A stretch of 63,157 bases of DNA, filler included, from Choristocarpus tenellus KU-1152 (GCA_964200185.2; 12 parts of 12 records of this genome joined end to end with filler, not necessarily neighbours in it); one strand, 5' to 3'. Numbered from the whole stretch's first letter, positions 27,046-42,045 are shown. Notes: generated from the sequence alone by a model not told the origin. Numbers and translations: made by a program.

Positions 27046-28328
27046 CAACACTGCTTGCCCACCCAGTGTGTGCTTGGCAAAGCTATAACTCCTAATGCTA
27101 CAGCTACAGCCAAAGTCAACAACACATTATTATTTGCCTACCCAAACCCCAATCAAGCAAAAAACACAAAAAACAGATGATATGCTAGCCTCCATAGAAG
27201 AACGAGACTTCAGACACGCAGACGGCCATCCCCAACAAAAGGAAATGATACACAATGGCTCACTTGCTTGATCTTGCTTCCTCTGTCCCCTAACAATCAT
27301 TCCAACATGACCCACTGCATATATATGTGCCTTGCAACACCTAATATACACTAGTACTTACTCAATCAAGTCCATGCCACCACAACCAACCTACAACCCA
27401 CTATACACACAACGCATCACAGAGTGGAGTGCGTTGGGGCTCTTTATAAAGGGGGTAACAGGTCTCACCAAAAGCATTTGCCAAAGAGCAGACACAACGC
27501 ACAGTGTTCTCCTCGCACACTACAGAAACTCTACATGTTCATACCAACCACTCAATTACTACCCAACCCCCCCCCCCCCCCCCCCCCACCCTTTCCCCCC
27601 CCCATTACCCCTCTATCCACTCCCCCACTTCCAATATTGCGAAGGCAAAAAGGTTGAACGATAACATTTGGAGGCAATAATCAGAAGCAAAATTCGCTTT
27701 TGATGCAGAAACTAACTGTGCAAGCTGTAGGCAAACAAAGAGGGCAAACCAACACCCACAAATCTGGAGCCATACNNNNNNNNNNNNNNNNNNNNNNNNN
27801 NNNNNNNNNNNNNNNNNNNTTAATTAATTAANNNNNNNNNNNNNNNNNNNNNNNNNNNNNNNNNNNNNNNNNNNNTTTTTTTTTTTTGCTCCCAAAGGAA
27901 AACCCCGGGGGGTCCCCCCCCCCCCCCCCCCCCCCAAGATACTTTGGGTCAATTGTGGCATAAAGTTGAGGTGAATGAACATCCTTGATGGACTCAAAAT
28001 GTCAAGGTCATGCACTTTGTTCATGTTCACGTACATTGTAGTATGAAGTACTACTCCACAGTGTTTGGAAAAAAAGCTAGCAAAATACATTATGCAAACA
28101 CACGAGACCTATATCTCTCCCACAAGTCATTTTATGAGCTGTTGTATACAGGTGTCATAATACTACCTTAACAATTGCCTAATTCATGTCTGAGGATGTC
28201 AGGAGCAATCCCTTACAGGATCAGCAAAGAGATGTAGTGTTACATGGTACACATATGTTCATTTAATTGTTGCATGGATGACCTTGGCCTAATAGTCCAT
28301 TGCATCGTCAACAACAGATACTATGAAT

Positions 28329-28587
28329 GAGTCAAAGTATCTTAGATGGTAGAGCTGCGTCCATTTGGTGGTCAATATCCAATGTTGCGATTTTGATGTA
28401 ATTTTGGCTATCATGTTTGTTAAGAAGTGTCAATATCCTTGTTCCGGACACACCTTTTCGTAACGTACACATTTTATATATTCGGAAACATTTTGGAGTA
28501 GGAAAATGTCATAAAAGAAGTCATGGGAAGCCAAGCCCCAAATGGACAAACAGGGCAAAACTCGTACCCTCTAAGATACTCTCACTC
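28329..28587. mobile_element. GAG...CTC MITE (Sola2-like)
   Basis: 259 bp with TIRs; TSD not preserved. Confidence 0.88.
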
Positions 28588-28826
28588 AACACTAGGACAG
28601 CCCAATTACTTCCGGACATGCTTTTGTGTGTATTCCGAATATCTGCCTCCTCAGGCAACTCAACAATCAAAACCCACTATCGGTTGTTTCATTTCCTTTC
28701 CCACACACAACATGTCCAGCTGCATCATTCTTGTTGAACGAGGTCCATACCTAAGATATTGTCTACAAAAAACATTATGTCAAAGAAGAAAAAACATACC
28801 CCCTCACAACCCTTTCTACTTCAAAG

Positions 28827-29484
28827 ATGGGATCTACACCACTGGGGCTCTGGTTCCAAGCCCAGCAGCCCCACTGCTGCTACAGCCACCACCCTAGCTT
28901 CTCCCACTGGCACCGACCTCCAGTCTGCTCTAAGCACTGAGATGCCAAGATTGCCAGATGGGTGGACAGAGTATATTAGTGATGAAGGATACACATACTA
29001 CTACAACGCCATGACAGGGGAGAGCGCGTGGGACCGACCTTTTGACCCTGATGCGACACCATGGAATGAGGAGTTGGGGGCAGTGGGGGGAGATTGGAAT
29101 GAGCAGGGTGTCATGGTGCCATCATCAGGACTAGATCGAGGGAGGGGACTAGCAGGGGACTGGCGACAAGGAGAAGGTGCTCATTATGAGTCATGGTGGG
29201 ATGACCAATGGCAGGGGCAGGAACAGTTGCAGCAGGAGAATGAAGGGTGGTCAGGCTTGACAACAGGGGAAGATGGTTCATGGAATATCGTTAACCCTTT
29301 TGTTGGAGAAGAGGTGCAGGGCTTCGAGCAAGATAACAGTAACAGTGACAATAGGATTCCACTCGTAGAAGGAGTCATAGATGAGGGAGGGTGGACGCAG
29401 GAGCAGCAAGGGTGGACACAGCAGCAGGACCCAAGTGGTGCCACCTACTGGTACAATACTGTAACTGGAGAGAGTAGTTGGTGA
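28827..29484 (+). CDS. WW-domain protein, terminal exon with two WW domains
   Basis: LPDGWTEYISDEGYTYYYNAMTGESAWDRP and QGWTQQQDPSGATYWYNTVTGESSW*, separated by an acidic Trp/Gly/Gln-rich linker; likely acceptor ttcaaag|. Confidence 0.85.
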
Positions 29485-31834
29485 TGTGAGGGAAAGAAAT
29501 ACACTGACATATTCCCTGCTTGGACTAGCATGGGGAATTACATGCTCACCATGAAAAACACTATTAATAGATACCCAGTACACGGTTTGCTTCATTCAAT
29601 CAAAATCATGGGAGAGGCACAACCTCGAAAATCAGTTTTCTCACTCACCACAGTTGTATGTTACACTCTCCTCTCAAAGCAACCCATTGGTCAACTCTAG
29701 ACTAGTCCTATCTCCAGAACTGGGAAAAAAAAAATGATACAAAAATGGACGGTAGTAACAGCCAGGCAAGCACAGTTGGACAGAAAAAAAAAGTAGCGAG
29801 CAGGAACATCTCCATGCAAAGTACTAGTAGAAAGTGAAGACTTCACCGCATCAGCCGTCCATACAGTTTTGCAAACATTCACCACTGGCAACACTCTACA
29901 AACGACTTACTCTTCACTGAATCGTTCGAAAGGATACAATGTTAAGGTGCACTCATAATTCAAAACTATTTGACAAAAGTTGGGTGAGAAATGATCTGAT
30001 TTTATTGTCTTCTATCCTCAGTACTACTAAAAAAAAAATAAAGCAAAAATCTGTAGGTTACTTATTGCTTCTCAGGTGCGTGCGACTGATCGCAAGATGG
30101 TATTGGACCTTTTTGTCTCATGTTGCAGTCATCACTCAGAATGACATTTTCTACATGCAGTCTACGCAATGCGTCTCAATGCGTATGTCGTTTCCTCACT
30201 CACTCATACTTACGCGCTTAATAAAATGGACATGAATACAAGAAAACAAGTCGACCAAGAGTCCTCTCCAAGTCTTCACCAGTTCGAGGTGCTGATAAGG
30301 TGTTCAAGTTTCAAAAAATCTAAATCTCGGTCACTGAACTTTCTTTACAGGTCAAAGATCTTTTAGTGTCTCTATGTGTAGTAGTACTTCCTATCGAATA
30401 TTTGTAATATTTTTTTCTTATGTTTGAAGAGATTCGACTCTTTTAAAGTAAATGGGGAGTAGTTTAAAACATTGCCGCTCAAGTACTAACACAGGAGACA
30501 CAAACAACACACCTTAGTGGCACAAGGTAAGATATCCAACTCAGGCGCACACCAGGCTGTCAGGTGGAGGTCCCGTAGAGCATAGAAGGTGTAACAATAC
30601 TTTGAGGAAGTCATATAATCATATTGCCTGACCCACAACTACAACCCATTAAGTGGAACTGAAAGCTCTTGTGCTGGCAGGATATTTCTCAGGAGGATTC
30701 ACAAAACATAGAACACTTCATTCCTCTCCTACTTGTCATGACATCGGGATATCATCACATTGAGGAAGGGTAGGCACTGTTACCTGACTCCGGTGCATTG
30801 TCCACTCTGTACATTAAAAACACAAATTCGTATTGAATACACTCTCCTTAAGGGGTAAACAGTGTCCACCCATGAATGCACCCCCCTTCTCTTTCCTGTG
30901 TTGACCGCTACAGTATCCAATAAAGGCCCTTTCTCCCAGCACACCCAGCAATTATCTAGATGGGACGTCTCTCGCATGGTTTTCCAGTAGAGTACATTAA
31001 TTGCTCACAACATGAAACAGATTCTTATCTTCACTCACTGATCCACACCTAAAAAGCTCCCAGTAGGACACAGTGGCAAGGACAATCAAAGGAGCAGTGT
31101 CATGAAAAAAAAAAAAAAGACTGATCACCATCCCCTAACGAATTTTTTGAACCAAGAGTAAAAAATGAAAAAAAAAAAAANNNNNNNNNNNNNNNNNNNN
31201 NNNNNNNNNNNNNNNNNNNNNNNNTTAATTAATTAANNNNNNNNNNNNNNNNNNNNNNNNNNNNNNNNNNNNNNNNNNNNGGGGGGGGCACTCTTCTGAC
31301 TTCTGAACCCTCCACCCTTGAACCGGGGCACCGGCCGGGGATTTGGCTGGAGGGGAAAGCGATGCCCTCGAGGACCACATCCGAGCCCAATTTTCTTGTG
31401 TTGTTCCTTGTTTCACCAGTGTGGGGACGAGAAGGTGGATGAGGGTTAAAGATCAAAGGGAGAGAGGAAGAGTGTATGCTTCAGCTGAACAACACTTCAA
31501 CGCAAAACTAACTTTGGCAAAACTACTCTACATGTAGGGGGGGATTAAGGCAGCAGCTTCGTGAATAGAGCTGATCTGAAGAATCCAGCATGTACAAGAG
31601 TATTTTATCGCAACGAAGCTCTGAGACCACAAAACACCCCGGGGTACTTACGACTCCCCCCGCTCTCTTCTTGATCACCAAAAAACTTCTTCCGGTCCTC
31701 CTCTAGAAAGAGTGAGTTAGTTGGGTGTGAATTGGGAGGGGGAAAGGTAGTGAAGGAGTGAGAAGAAGAGGATGACCCCAGGGAAATTACAATGCACCGA
31801 GTGCATGACGGCGTATGACTCCAACGCACCCTGC

Positions 31835-32269
31835 TTAGTGAAACAACATTATTACCTGCCAATCCTCCTCAATGAGTTCCTGGGGATCAGCTAATCGCAC
31901 CGCTGCTGTTGAAATAGCCTTTTCCAGCGCATCGAGGACTGTACTTGCCGGCAGATTACACTGGCTCGGAGGTACGTCACTCCCTGCCCCCGACGTCAAG
32001 CAACCCACATCCCCAGGACCTGCAGCATCCTGTGCTTCCTCTGCCCTCACAAAAACAGGTAGATTGGCCAACTCTCCTGTTCGGATGAACTTCATTGCGT
32101 GTGCCACATGCAATTCTCTTCCCTTTGTGTCATTGAGGATCTTTTGCTCTTCCCCCAATTGATTTTTTGGATCTTTGGATGTTCTGGCCCCTTCCCCTGA
32201 CCTCCCCCCCCCTCCTCCTTTGGCACGGTTCGTTTCTGCACTGAGTTGGCACCGAACTGTCCTTCTCAC
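31835..32269 (-). CDS. Probable exon of an unknown protein
   Basis: GC-rich, protein-like ORF ending ...LIEEDWQ|gtaatg; no domain recognised. Confidence 0.35.
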   Translation of the reverse strand: MRRTVRCQLSAETNRAKGGGGGRSGEGARTSKDPKNQLGEEQKILNDTKGRELHVAHAMKFIRTGELANLPVFVRAEEAQDAAGPGDVGCLTSGAGSDVPPSQCNLPASTVLDALEKAISTAAVRLADPQELIEEDWQVIMLFH

Positions 32270-33990
32270 TTCTCGTTCCCACTTAACTGCCTTTCAATCC
32301 GCGGGTGAATATGGTAAAACATTTGGCAAGTTGTTGTTATAAGATCGTGGTAGGAATCGATGAAGAGGAGGAAGAAAAAAAAAATGTGTGTGCTGATTGT
32401 GTGTGTGCAGTTGGTCACCCTTTGAGAAATACTTTGGAGTTAGATGGCAACACAGAACTATATATCAATAAAACAGTATAGCCAAGTATCTGCCGCTCCC
32501 TCCTGAACAAACAATTTGATAACAGGTGTAAAGCATTGCTTGCAGAGATAAGAATTGATGAGGAATGATATGAGTGCAGTCCTGTCAGACCATGCATTAA
32601 CAGGTTACACACAAATGAGGAACACATCTCAATCCCTTTCTGTGCTTTGAGAGTTGTCCTCTGGACAATTGTGCTCTTTGCTGTATTGATGCTATGTTGG
32701 AGTATCTCTGACATATACTGAGTAGTGCATACATGCTTCAAAGCACATACACGAGAGCGTCTGTTTGTCGCCCCTTCTCTGTGGGGTAACGCCAGTCATT
32801 AACCGGGGAGCTGGTAGGGGCTTTGTTCCAGTAGGGCAATCGCGTAACTCTCTGCTATGATTAGGTGCAATTGGCTTGGAGAAGGTACCATTGCTCGTCA
32901 AGCATGTCCTATGACACAACTTGGAAGGCATGGAGAAAACTTCCTCAAACCGTTTATGATGAAATTATTGGAACATTTCAACCAAGAGCGGTTCAGGTGA
33001 TACTTCAATAATATGCTAACATGCAGCTTTATTTATATATATACATACATGGAAGCCACATACACTTGAAGTCGCCTAGCACATCCTATGGTCATACTGA
33101 CGGGCCTATATAGGAGTTAAGTTGTTGGTATGCTCCAATTCAATTGCACTTTTTCTGATGCTGTTTTTTGTAGAAGATCACTGCACGGACATGGGGGGCA
33201 GTACAGTATAGTGGTCTGGGATCATGGTGTGTGCCAAATATTTCGACGTGACTAGGCTGCTGGCCAGTGCTAATATGTTCTGATAGGGTCGGTCCATGAC
33301 TGTTGACTGCTCCAAGCATGACTGGCCCAAACGCCAGTCAGCAACCATGGTCCTGACCCCAGTCAAATGCCCACACTGATGGAAACCCCTTGATTGGGAT
33401 ATGATTTCTTGTTTACACAATTCTACTGCACCATTTCATTATGTCTCTTGATTGCAAGATAAGTGCTATAGAATGACAGTTGCTACATACTAATCGATGA
33501 GGGTGGAGCTGAGAGCCAAGAGCTTCGAGTTTGATTCTACCCTCTGTGTACAAGCATAGAAATGTAGAGTATAATAAACTTTATCAGGGGGATACAAATT
33601 CCTGAACACAGTGTAGAGCGGCATAACGTTTTGATGTTGAGTCAAAGCATTTAAGAGGATAGAAGTTTTGCCCTGCCTGTCCATTCAGGCTTCCCACAGG
33701 TTCTTTAATCCCTTTCTGACCCAAAGTATCTGGGGGGGGGGGGGGGGGGGGGACGCATACGCACACTGCCTCTTATGCAACCACAAGATCACTCTCTCTC
33801 TCTTCTCCCCGGTTAAGCATAAANNNNNNNNNNNNNNNNNNNNNNNNNNNNNNNNNNNNNNNNNNNNTTAATTAATTAANNNNNNNNNNNNNNNNNNNNN
33901 NNNNNNNNNNNNNNNNNNNNNNNCCCTCCCAGATACTTTGGGTCTCTGCCTTGACAACCAAAAACTGAAAGAGTAATTAAAAATGCACAG

Positions 33991-36130
33991 GTCAACTAAT
34001 GCAACACTGAATTCTGCTAATGAACAAGTCAGAGAAGCCTTGACCAAAGAGGAAGATCTTGTCACCATGGCCAGGTATGCAACTGATTAAATGAATGCCT
34101 GCTTGCTTTGTGATTTGATCGCAGAGCTGATCAGGTGGAGACTTACGTGTGTGATACACCACCCACAAAGAGATCAATGTGCCCTAGCTCCTCCACAACT
34201 AAACCAGCAATCATATTTTTCACAATATTACTAGCTGGTAGTGTACTATTAACAGTTGGGTACACGCTGCCCCAGCCTATATTGAAAGGAGGTGATTCTT
34301 ACATTGACTGACTCAATCATTACTTCCACTCCAATGTGATTGCATCCCATATGAGCACCCCAAATATTTGCCTCGAGACTGCACCCAATGAACACCCTGC
34401 TGGTGCGGAATGGGGATGAGGTGAAGGTATGTAAAGGTCCAAGAGTCGGTCCTGAGACAGAGGGAAGTTGAACTGACTATCCGAGAGCATGAAGTTGCCA
34501 GCAGGGAAACTACAGCACAGGAGCTAGGTAGCAAAAACGCCTCCCCCGAGCAAAACTTGGAGGGTTTCCAGAGAGAATATTTAAGGTGAATCGTGCAGGC
34601 CATTTTTATACTCATATTACAACTAACAACTACCCTTGAATCCTTCCACACTGTTGTTCTGCTCACAACATGTTGGAGACTCTTGCACTTAGCCCAAGTT
34701 CTTTTTGCTCTTGTAGATTAAACTTGTTCATGGAACTTGTTATTAATGGATTAAATAAATCGCTACTGACCAAAAAATACATACCCCAAAGTACTCCAGA
34801 GCAATTGGTGTATAATTTAACAGGGTAAAACGATCTCATGCATGGATAGCTCTTGAGTTGCATACTACATGAGTAACATGTAGTGCATTTCCTGGATCAA
34901 CTACGATTTCAATATTTTACCGACTAGACATATTTTGCATGACTACCTGAATTGCATTATTTAATGCGATTTACCCGGAGTACATACGACAATGAAGTGC
35001 AATATCTATATTGTGTTTATTCTTTGGGTGTGAAAAATTATGCTGTGGGAGGAATTTCCGCCATGGAATTGAACTTTGAATTCGGAACCTTTATTTTCTT
35101 TGTCAAGTTCACTACCGTAGAACCTCATTTTTTTCTGCAATATTTCTGGAGCACCTCCCATTGTCACTCTCTGTACAGAATGAAGCAGGCGGCTAGTGGT
35201 TCCCACAGCTTTACTGAGAGCCCGGAGCGGGATACAAAACCAACAGGGTCCCCTCGGTCAGGTGTTGATAAACTGGATCCAGTGATAGAGGACGCATTGA
35301 ACCTCCGTAGGGCTATGGACATGATCAAGCAGCTGAAGGTAAGGCTGCAACCCTGAGGTCAGCTTGGCCACCATAGGAATAGGGCAGACAAATGACTCTG
35401 ATGTAATAAGGGGAATCCACAAAGGAAAAGCAGATAGTGCGTCCACATTTAACTTACACAACAGTCATGCAGTTCAGATGATCCACGCCGGTCATGGGTA
35501 GCCTTCCTTGATGTTCCATTGCTGAATATCCAGCAATGAAGTTTGCTTCGTGTAGGTGCAAGAAATCTGTTGTGGGAAGCATAACTTGTGTAGGTAACTT
35601 CAGCATTAAGTATGTACGCTGGAGTTGGGCTTCCATGTTGCAGAGGGGCGTTTGGCACATTTTTAAAGTCCTGAGATGTTCACCGCAATAGTAGAGCTCT
35701 TCTTAGTGCTTGAATAGGAGTGAGTGGTCTGTCTAAAGAGTTAGCAGGTAGGAGCAAGGGTTGGTATGCACGAGTAGACTGAGCAGCGCCATGCAGTTAT
35801 GCAGTTACAGGATCAATAAAATTTAAGCATGACCCTTGTGCTCATTTTTACATTTTGCAATCTTACTGCAACGGGTGGTAGACTGAGCTAGCAAGAGTAA
35901 CCAGAGCCTGTGAGAGAGATGCCGCCATACAAAGTACCCAAAGCAAGTCTGATGTTGGCATTGGCGTCAATGTAAGATCAGCACAAGATGGGGAGAGTCA
36001 CTGCACACACCCCAACACAGAACACATGGGTGCAATGGTACCTCACATGATCATCAGCATGGTGGAAGGCGTGGAGGCCATCCCCTTGCCCTCACCAGGG
36101 GGCTCGTTTTATCCTTCGGAAGACAGTCCG
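33991..36130 (+). CDS. Internal exons of a coiled-coil hypothetical protein
   Basis: AG/GT-bounded exons STNATLNSANEQVREALTKEEDLV.., ADQVETY, VQESVLRQREVELTIREHEVASRETTAQEL, MKQAASG..RRAMDMIKQLK, TELARVTRACERD.. Confidence 0.55.
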
Positions 36131-36223
36131 GTAAGTGAAATTTTCTAAATTGGTGCAGTGTAGATTGAGGTAGTTTGGGGCCTAAGAGGAGGGCAGCATG
36201 TGTAGCATTCCTCTCAAGGAGAA

Positions 36224-36480
36224 GAGTGAAAGTATCGTAGAGGGTAGGAGTTTTGTCCAGTTTGTCCATTTGGGGCTTGGCTTCCCTCATTTTGTTTTTT
36301 ACATTTTCCTACTCCGAAATATTTCGGAGTAGGTAAAATGTAGATGTTATGAAAGGTGTGTCCGGAACAAGGTTTTTGATACTTCCTAACAAACACGATA
36401 ACCAAAATTACATCGAAATTGCAACATTGGTTTTTGGCCCCCAAATGGACTCGGCTCTACCCTCTCAGGTACTTCGGCTC
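36224..36480. mobile_element. GAG...CTC MITE (Sola2-like)
   Basis: TIRs, flanks AGAA/GGAA. Confidence 0.88.
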
Positions 36481-36904
36481 GGAAATTAAATCCTTAAAAT
36501 AGCTGGTAATGGAGGCAAAAACAGAGAATGCTTCGGAGTACTTCATAGGTTTTGCTGGAGGTGGGATATACTCTGAGTAGTAACCACCGCAACACCAGTC
36601 CTACACTGCAGTTTAAGAGTACAGAGGCATGTCTTGCAAAGCACACATGACATGCCATCGTCATGTACACTCTTCGCGGGTGCATGAAATTGTTTTTTTT
36701 TCTGTAGCAATTGCTGTGCTGCTTCAGAGTTCTACCATTATCACAGATGCCGACATGTGCTGCAGACAGGGTCTACTATCTACCGTATGTCAATATTGAC
36801 ATCAGTCGCTCGATAACATCATCTCTACCTCCTCTTCCTTGACATGAAATGATGGTAACATGTCAACATACTTTAACTCCATACTAAACTCTACACGACA
36901 ACAA

Positions 36905-36990
36905 CCACCATTTCCACCACTACTAATATCTATACCACTACCACTATTACCACCACCACCACCACCACCACTACTACTACTACCACTGCC
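36905..36990. repeat. (CCA)n/(CTA)n compound microsatellite
   Basis: Directly visible. Confidence 0.85.
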
Positions 36991-38854
36991 AAGCTGCAAT
37001 ACATCACATTGTGTAATCCTTCTAGTACAAAGAGGTATTTGTCTGGTTCGACTGCACTGTTTTGTTTTTGTCTCACTTTTTTTAAAATGTGATTGTTCCC
37101 CGGACCATGAAGGTGAGTGCAACGGTAGAAGCCGCATAGGCAGAAGAACAACAGAATTAATACCCACTCACTATCTTGCTGGGATGCACTGCGGAGCATC
37201 AACTGTAAGTAGATCTCTTACATCTTGTCATACTTTGCAATATTTTCTTGAGGTTGCTGTATATTTTCCTCCCTGGATTAGCTTTAGCTGGGGTGCATTA
37301 AACCGACCAAAATTGCACCAGGACTAGCATATTCAAAGTCACCTGGATTAGGGTGACTCAGTTCAAACTTTGTTAGCGGTTGTCATGGCCAGCGCAATCT
37401 ACCGTGCATTTGGGTTAGGTTTAGGGTTAGTCATAGGGTTTGTGATCCAAGTGTCCTACAGGGTTGGGGTTCATGTTACTGACCTAGGCCCCCCCCCTCC
37501 AAAGAAATGCAAAGAGGTGAAATATTATAAAGCCTTACAAAATGTCACGGGGGTCTTTGCAAGCAGGGGATACTCTGCAGTGCATTACACTGAAAAAATT
37601 ACATGCAAAGTACTTCAAGTATGTAAATACTTTAGACACTGGCAAGCCATCCCTTCTTTCCTCAGACACTAAAGCTCTCTTTACACATGCATTGCCTTCC
37701 CTTAGCACTTTTGACTGCTCCAGTCTTTCGTGCCCTGAGCCATCCTAACTTTCAAGAGGGATGTATTTAGGACAAGTTGAGTACTTCAGAGCTTTTAAAG
37801 CCCTCAGCTCAACATAAATTTTTCTATGTCTGAAATGCTGCTAACCCCCCTTCGGAGGCTGTGGATGCAGAAGAGAAGGGAATCTGCGCTCTCTTCAAAT
37901 TTTTCTAATGAAGACAGCAAGCGATTGAACGTATATATCAACCTAGCTTCCACCAAAGGCACCCTGAAGCTATTATTGCCAGTTCACAAATAGATACCCC
38001 TAAAGAAAGCTCTAGGGACCGTCCAAAGTTTGTGGAGCAAACACTCATCCTGGTGGTGGTTAGACAACTACAACTTCTACACTACTCATATACTCTAAGG
38101 CTACTACATTTGTCTTCTGAACTAATTCACCAGTACCTGAAGAAGAGGTATGGTAGCCATACAAGTTCAATATCAGCAGGACATTAGGGTGTGTTCAATA
38201 GCCAGTGATTTATCCACGCGTGGGGGGTCCCCTAGCAGCAATTTTCGGGACCTGTCCCCGGTCACATATAATGCTAAGTCATATTTGACGCCCTTCCTAG
38301 TGGCACCTGCCTCAACATATCGCTTATGACAAGGAATTCTACAATTGCATGTTCTACCAAATTCACAATACCGATCGATGTATGCTAGTACATAGCGGCA
38401 TATGCTCCTCCTCCTCCCAGAATTTCTTCTTGTGGTGTTCGTTTATGCTTACCACAACCCCTACTTCCAGTATCCAAAATACAACTACAGTAGTAGTCAC
38501 TGCAGAATTGTTAGGGTGAGGTAACTAACTGATAACACTGTCAGCCCTCCCCTCTCATCCAGCAGTCACCCTCCTTCTCTAATGCCTTTCCTCTCTTTTC
38601 TGCTTGTTCTCTGTTCCTGGTATTATGGATTAGGGTTAGGGTTAAACGGAGTGAGAGAGTGTTGGTGTACCAAACTTGATTTTTTTGGTTTGTACAGTAC
38701 AAAGGCTCAAAGTATCTGGGGGTTGTGGCGGCTGCCTATTTGGGGCCATTATTTTTATGTCGCGATTTTAGAGTGATTTGGTTGCATACATTGGATGGAT
38801 AATGCAAGTGCATTTTTCCTGGTTATGACCCAAATGGATACCCTGGTGTAGACC

Positions 38855-38890
<36 letters not shown>

Positions 38891-39524
38891 ACACGCGAGG
38901 GGACGTCCACCCNNNNNNNNNNNNNNNNNNNNNNNNNNNNNNNNNNNNNNNNNNNNTTAATTAATTAANNNNNNNNNNNNNNNNNNNNNNNNNNNNNNNN
39001 NNNNNNNNNNNNGGGCGGTTGAGCGGGGGTCTTTCCCTCTCTTTTTGTGCCCCACGGACCCCCCCGCCGGGACCCCCCCCCCCCCCCCCCCCCCCCCAGA
39101 TACTTTGGGTCTCTATCCTCCAGGGGGTTGAAACCCTGCAATGTTTCCACTGCTCCAAAACTCCTAATAGACTGCTCACAGCAGGTCTCATGGGTTATGA
39201 GAAATATGTTGAAGGTTGATTTGATGCCTTTCTTACCCGAGGGTTGATACATAGGTGCGTATCAAATTGAGAGTGGAAAATCAGAGGCAACCTTGTAGCG
39301 CCTGCCAAACTGTCCTTCCCGAGGGATTCTTGGTTTTGTCCACCAAAGCTTCGAGGTTGGCTAAGATGATGCTGTCTAGATGTTCTATATCCAACTCAGC
39401 ATGCTTACCTGACTTCAAATTGGCCTGGTAATGGCATTGTTTTTGGTCATATTCTTTTCTCTCTCAAAAATTCAACATCATTGCCTGATTCTAACCTCGT
39501 TTTGCACAACTACCTTTACACTAG

Positions 39525-41476
39525 GTGGTGGGACGATGAAGTGGTTCCAGTGGAGATGCTAGACGGTTCGGCGGAGCTCTGGTTGCACATGGGTTGGAGA
39601 GTTTGGAGTACAGTGCATGGTGCAATCAACGGAAGCTCCAATCTTGTACTGGAGGTGAGTAAGACCTCCCCCACACTGTGGACCTTGTTTTGCAAACCTG
39701 GTTATACTTAATGCTTTAGTTTGGTTGTCAGAAACAAGTACCAATTTGGCATTGCCAGTGTGGGTGGTGCTCTTAGTCAATGGGAGGATGACATCAGTTC
39801 ATACCCCAGACAACATGGACCTCCCTGTGATGCCACACAGCAGGTTGTAATTGCATATTCCAGCACTGTGGTAATATCCTAGAGGGGGGTCAATTTAGGC
39901 CCTTTTTAGTGTAGGGGGCTTACATATTCTGCTTGACAATCCCATTTGCATGCACAAAATGCAGCCGTCCCTCATTAGGAGGCTGAGGTTGACTGTAGAA
40001 GAGGAGACAAACACTCGTCCACAAGCGGTGCAAAATTGCCCTTCAGAGTTCTAGGAACACACATATTTATATCAGAAGGCGGAGATATAAGGGGCCCAAT
40101 ATACTGCACACACCCTCCCCTCTAGGACACCAAGGTTGACAGGGTATGCATTTGCATGATCCTCCGAGCACTTTATTAATGGCAACATTGGAATGCCTAT
40201 CTTGTCACTTGTCTAGAACAAAGTAGAAGGTTGACGATAAACCTCCAAAAGCATTCCTTGTGAAGTGCCTACCACTTCAAGAGCCCAGTTGAAAGAGCTC
40301 ATTGCTTCACCTCTACATTGAAATGCATCCCCCCTAAAAATACTTGGAAACTTATCCTGCTTTCCCACCTCCACTCTACTGAGGAACAGGAAGGTCATGG
40401 ACTGACAAGGGGTGATATAGGGCGCACATTCAGAGTGGGATCAGTGGAACAAACTCTGCTAAACATTACTGATAATGAAGTAAACATGTCTGTACCATAC
40501 TGGGGAGAGGCTGTGCTGGAGGGGTGAGTCCTGGTAGCTGCCTTCCTCCACATTTCTTTGCATGTCCCTCCCCATCCTCTTTATTAAGTTGCCTCTATGG
40601 TTCCTATGTTGAATTCATTGCGCATTTGGTGCTTCCCCATGGAGTACTGAGTATATGACAAGATTAAGTGGGCTAGGGTTAGGGGTATGCGTGAAGAGTA
40701 GCATATGCACCAATGGAATGTCCTACATGTCACATTCAGTCCAGAATATAGGTTTGTCCTATAATGTTCACAATCCCCTCTCAATCTTGGAATGATTAAT
40801 CATGTCTCAACTAGTCCATGTGCTAAATTGATCATGTACAGAGAGGCAAGTATTGCGCCTTATGAAAAATCTTCTAGAGTCTTGCCCATGTTTGTAGTGA
40901 TGGAGCTCATGCCTCTTGGTTGAAATGCCATGCTGAGCATTTTGCTCAGCCCCACTACCAATTGGTTTGTTCCTTCCACTTTGAAGCATTTTTTGTAGAG
41001 TCCTTTGCAATTAATTGTTACTGTTGGCAAGGGCTCCGCTGGTACTCGATATCTTGCTTGCTTTGGTATGCCGGACCCCTCACTGTGTCTCTCTTCCTTC
41101 AGGGTGAACTGCTGCTTCGATCATTGTAGCAAAAGTAACATAGCCAGAATCACGATTGGGACAGGTCTGCATTGTTCAACCCTACTGCTAGCCACTTCTA
41201 TTTCCTAACCCCTCCAATAGCTGAATGTCCTCTCTATATCTACCATGGATTTACCCATATTGTAATCAATTCGCATCCATTTACTTCACTTCAGCGTTCC
41301 CAAGGTAAATGTTTCAAGCACAGGACACCAAGCTGCAACCTACTATTCAGGTAATGGGACAGCAAACCTGATATTCCTGTATGTGGTGGAACCAGGAGAT
41401 CATACTCCTGACCTTGAGTACTGGGACAAGATGGCCCTCAAGGAAGAAGGATCAATTCGCCGTGTCGCTGAACAGG
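39525..41476 (+). CDS. Internal exons of an unknown multi-exon gene
   Basis: AG/GT-bounded exons WWDDEVVPVEMLDG..NLVLE|gtgag, EGHGLTRGDIGRTFRVG..EAVLEG|gtgag, DHTPDLEYWDKMALKEEGSIRRVAEQ|gtcag. Confidence 0.45.
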
Positions 41477-42045
41477 TCAGTGTGGAGAATTTTCTGCTGG
41501 TACATCAGAGTGTGGAGTGTGCAAAGGTTGGACTGACATCGTACTGGATCTGTGGACTGGTGGAAATCTGCAAACACTCTATTGTTATGCTTCCTGTGAC
41601 AAGCATGTTCAACAGGGTGCCTTAATGCAGTCTTAAGATCCGTAATGTTTTAAGTTCAACATACTCAAATACCCATGAGCCAAAGTATCTTAGAGGGTAG
41701 AGCCGCATCCATTTGGGGGTCAAAATNNNNNNNNNNNNNNNNNNNNNNNNNNNNNNNNNNNNNNNNNNNNTTAATTAATTAANNNNNNNNNNNNNNNNNN
41801 NNNNNNNNNNNNNNNNNNNNNNNNNNTCACGACATGAAAAAATTGATCCCAAATGGACAGCCTCCACTCCCCCCACCCCCCGGATACTTTGAGTCAGTGG
41901 ATTTGCTTTGCGACTATGCTCACACCACCTTAATCATTGCATCACTATTCTCAAATCCATTGATAGTGACCTGTTGCACCTATGTTGTAGGGAGTACACT
42001 CCAATGCCCTTACTACTTGTTCCACCAGTAAGCACAATGAGTTAC

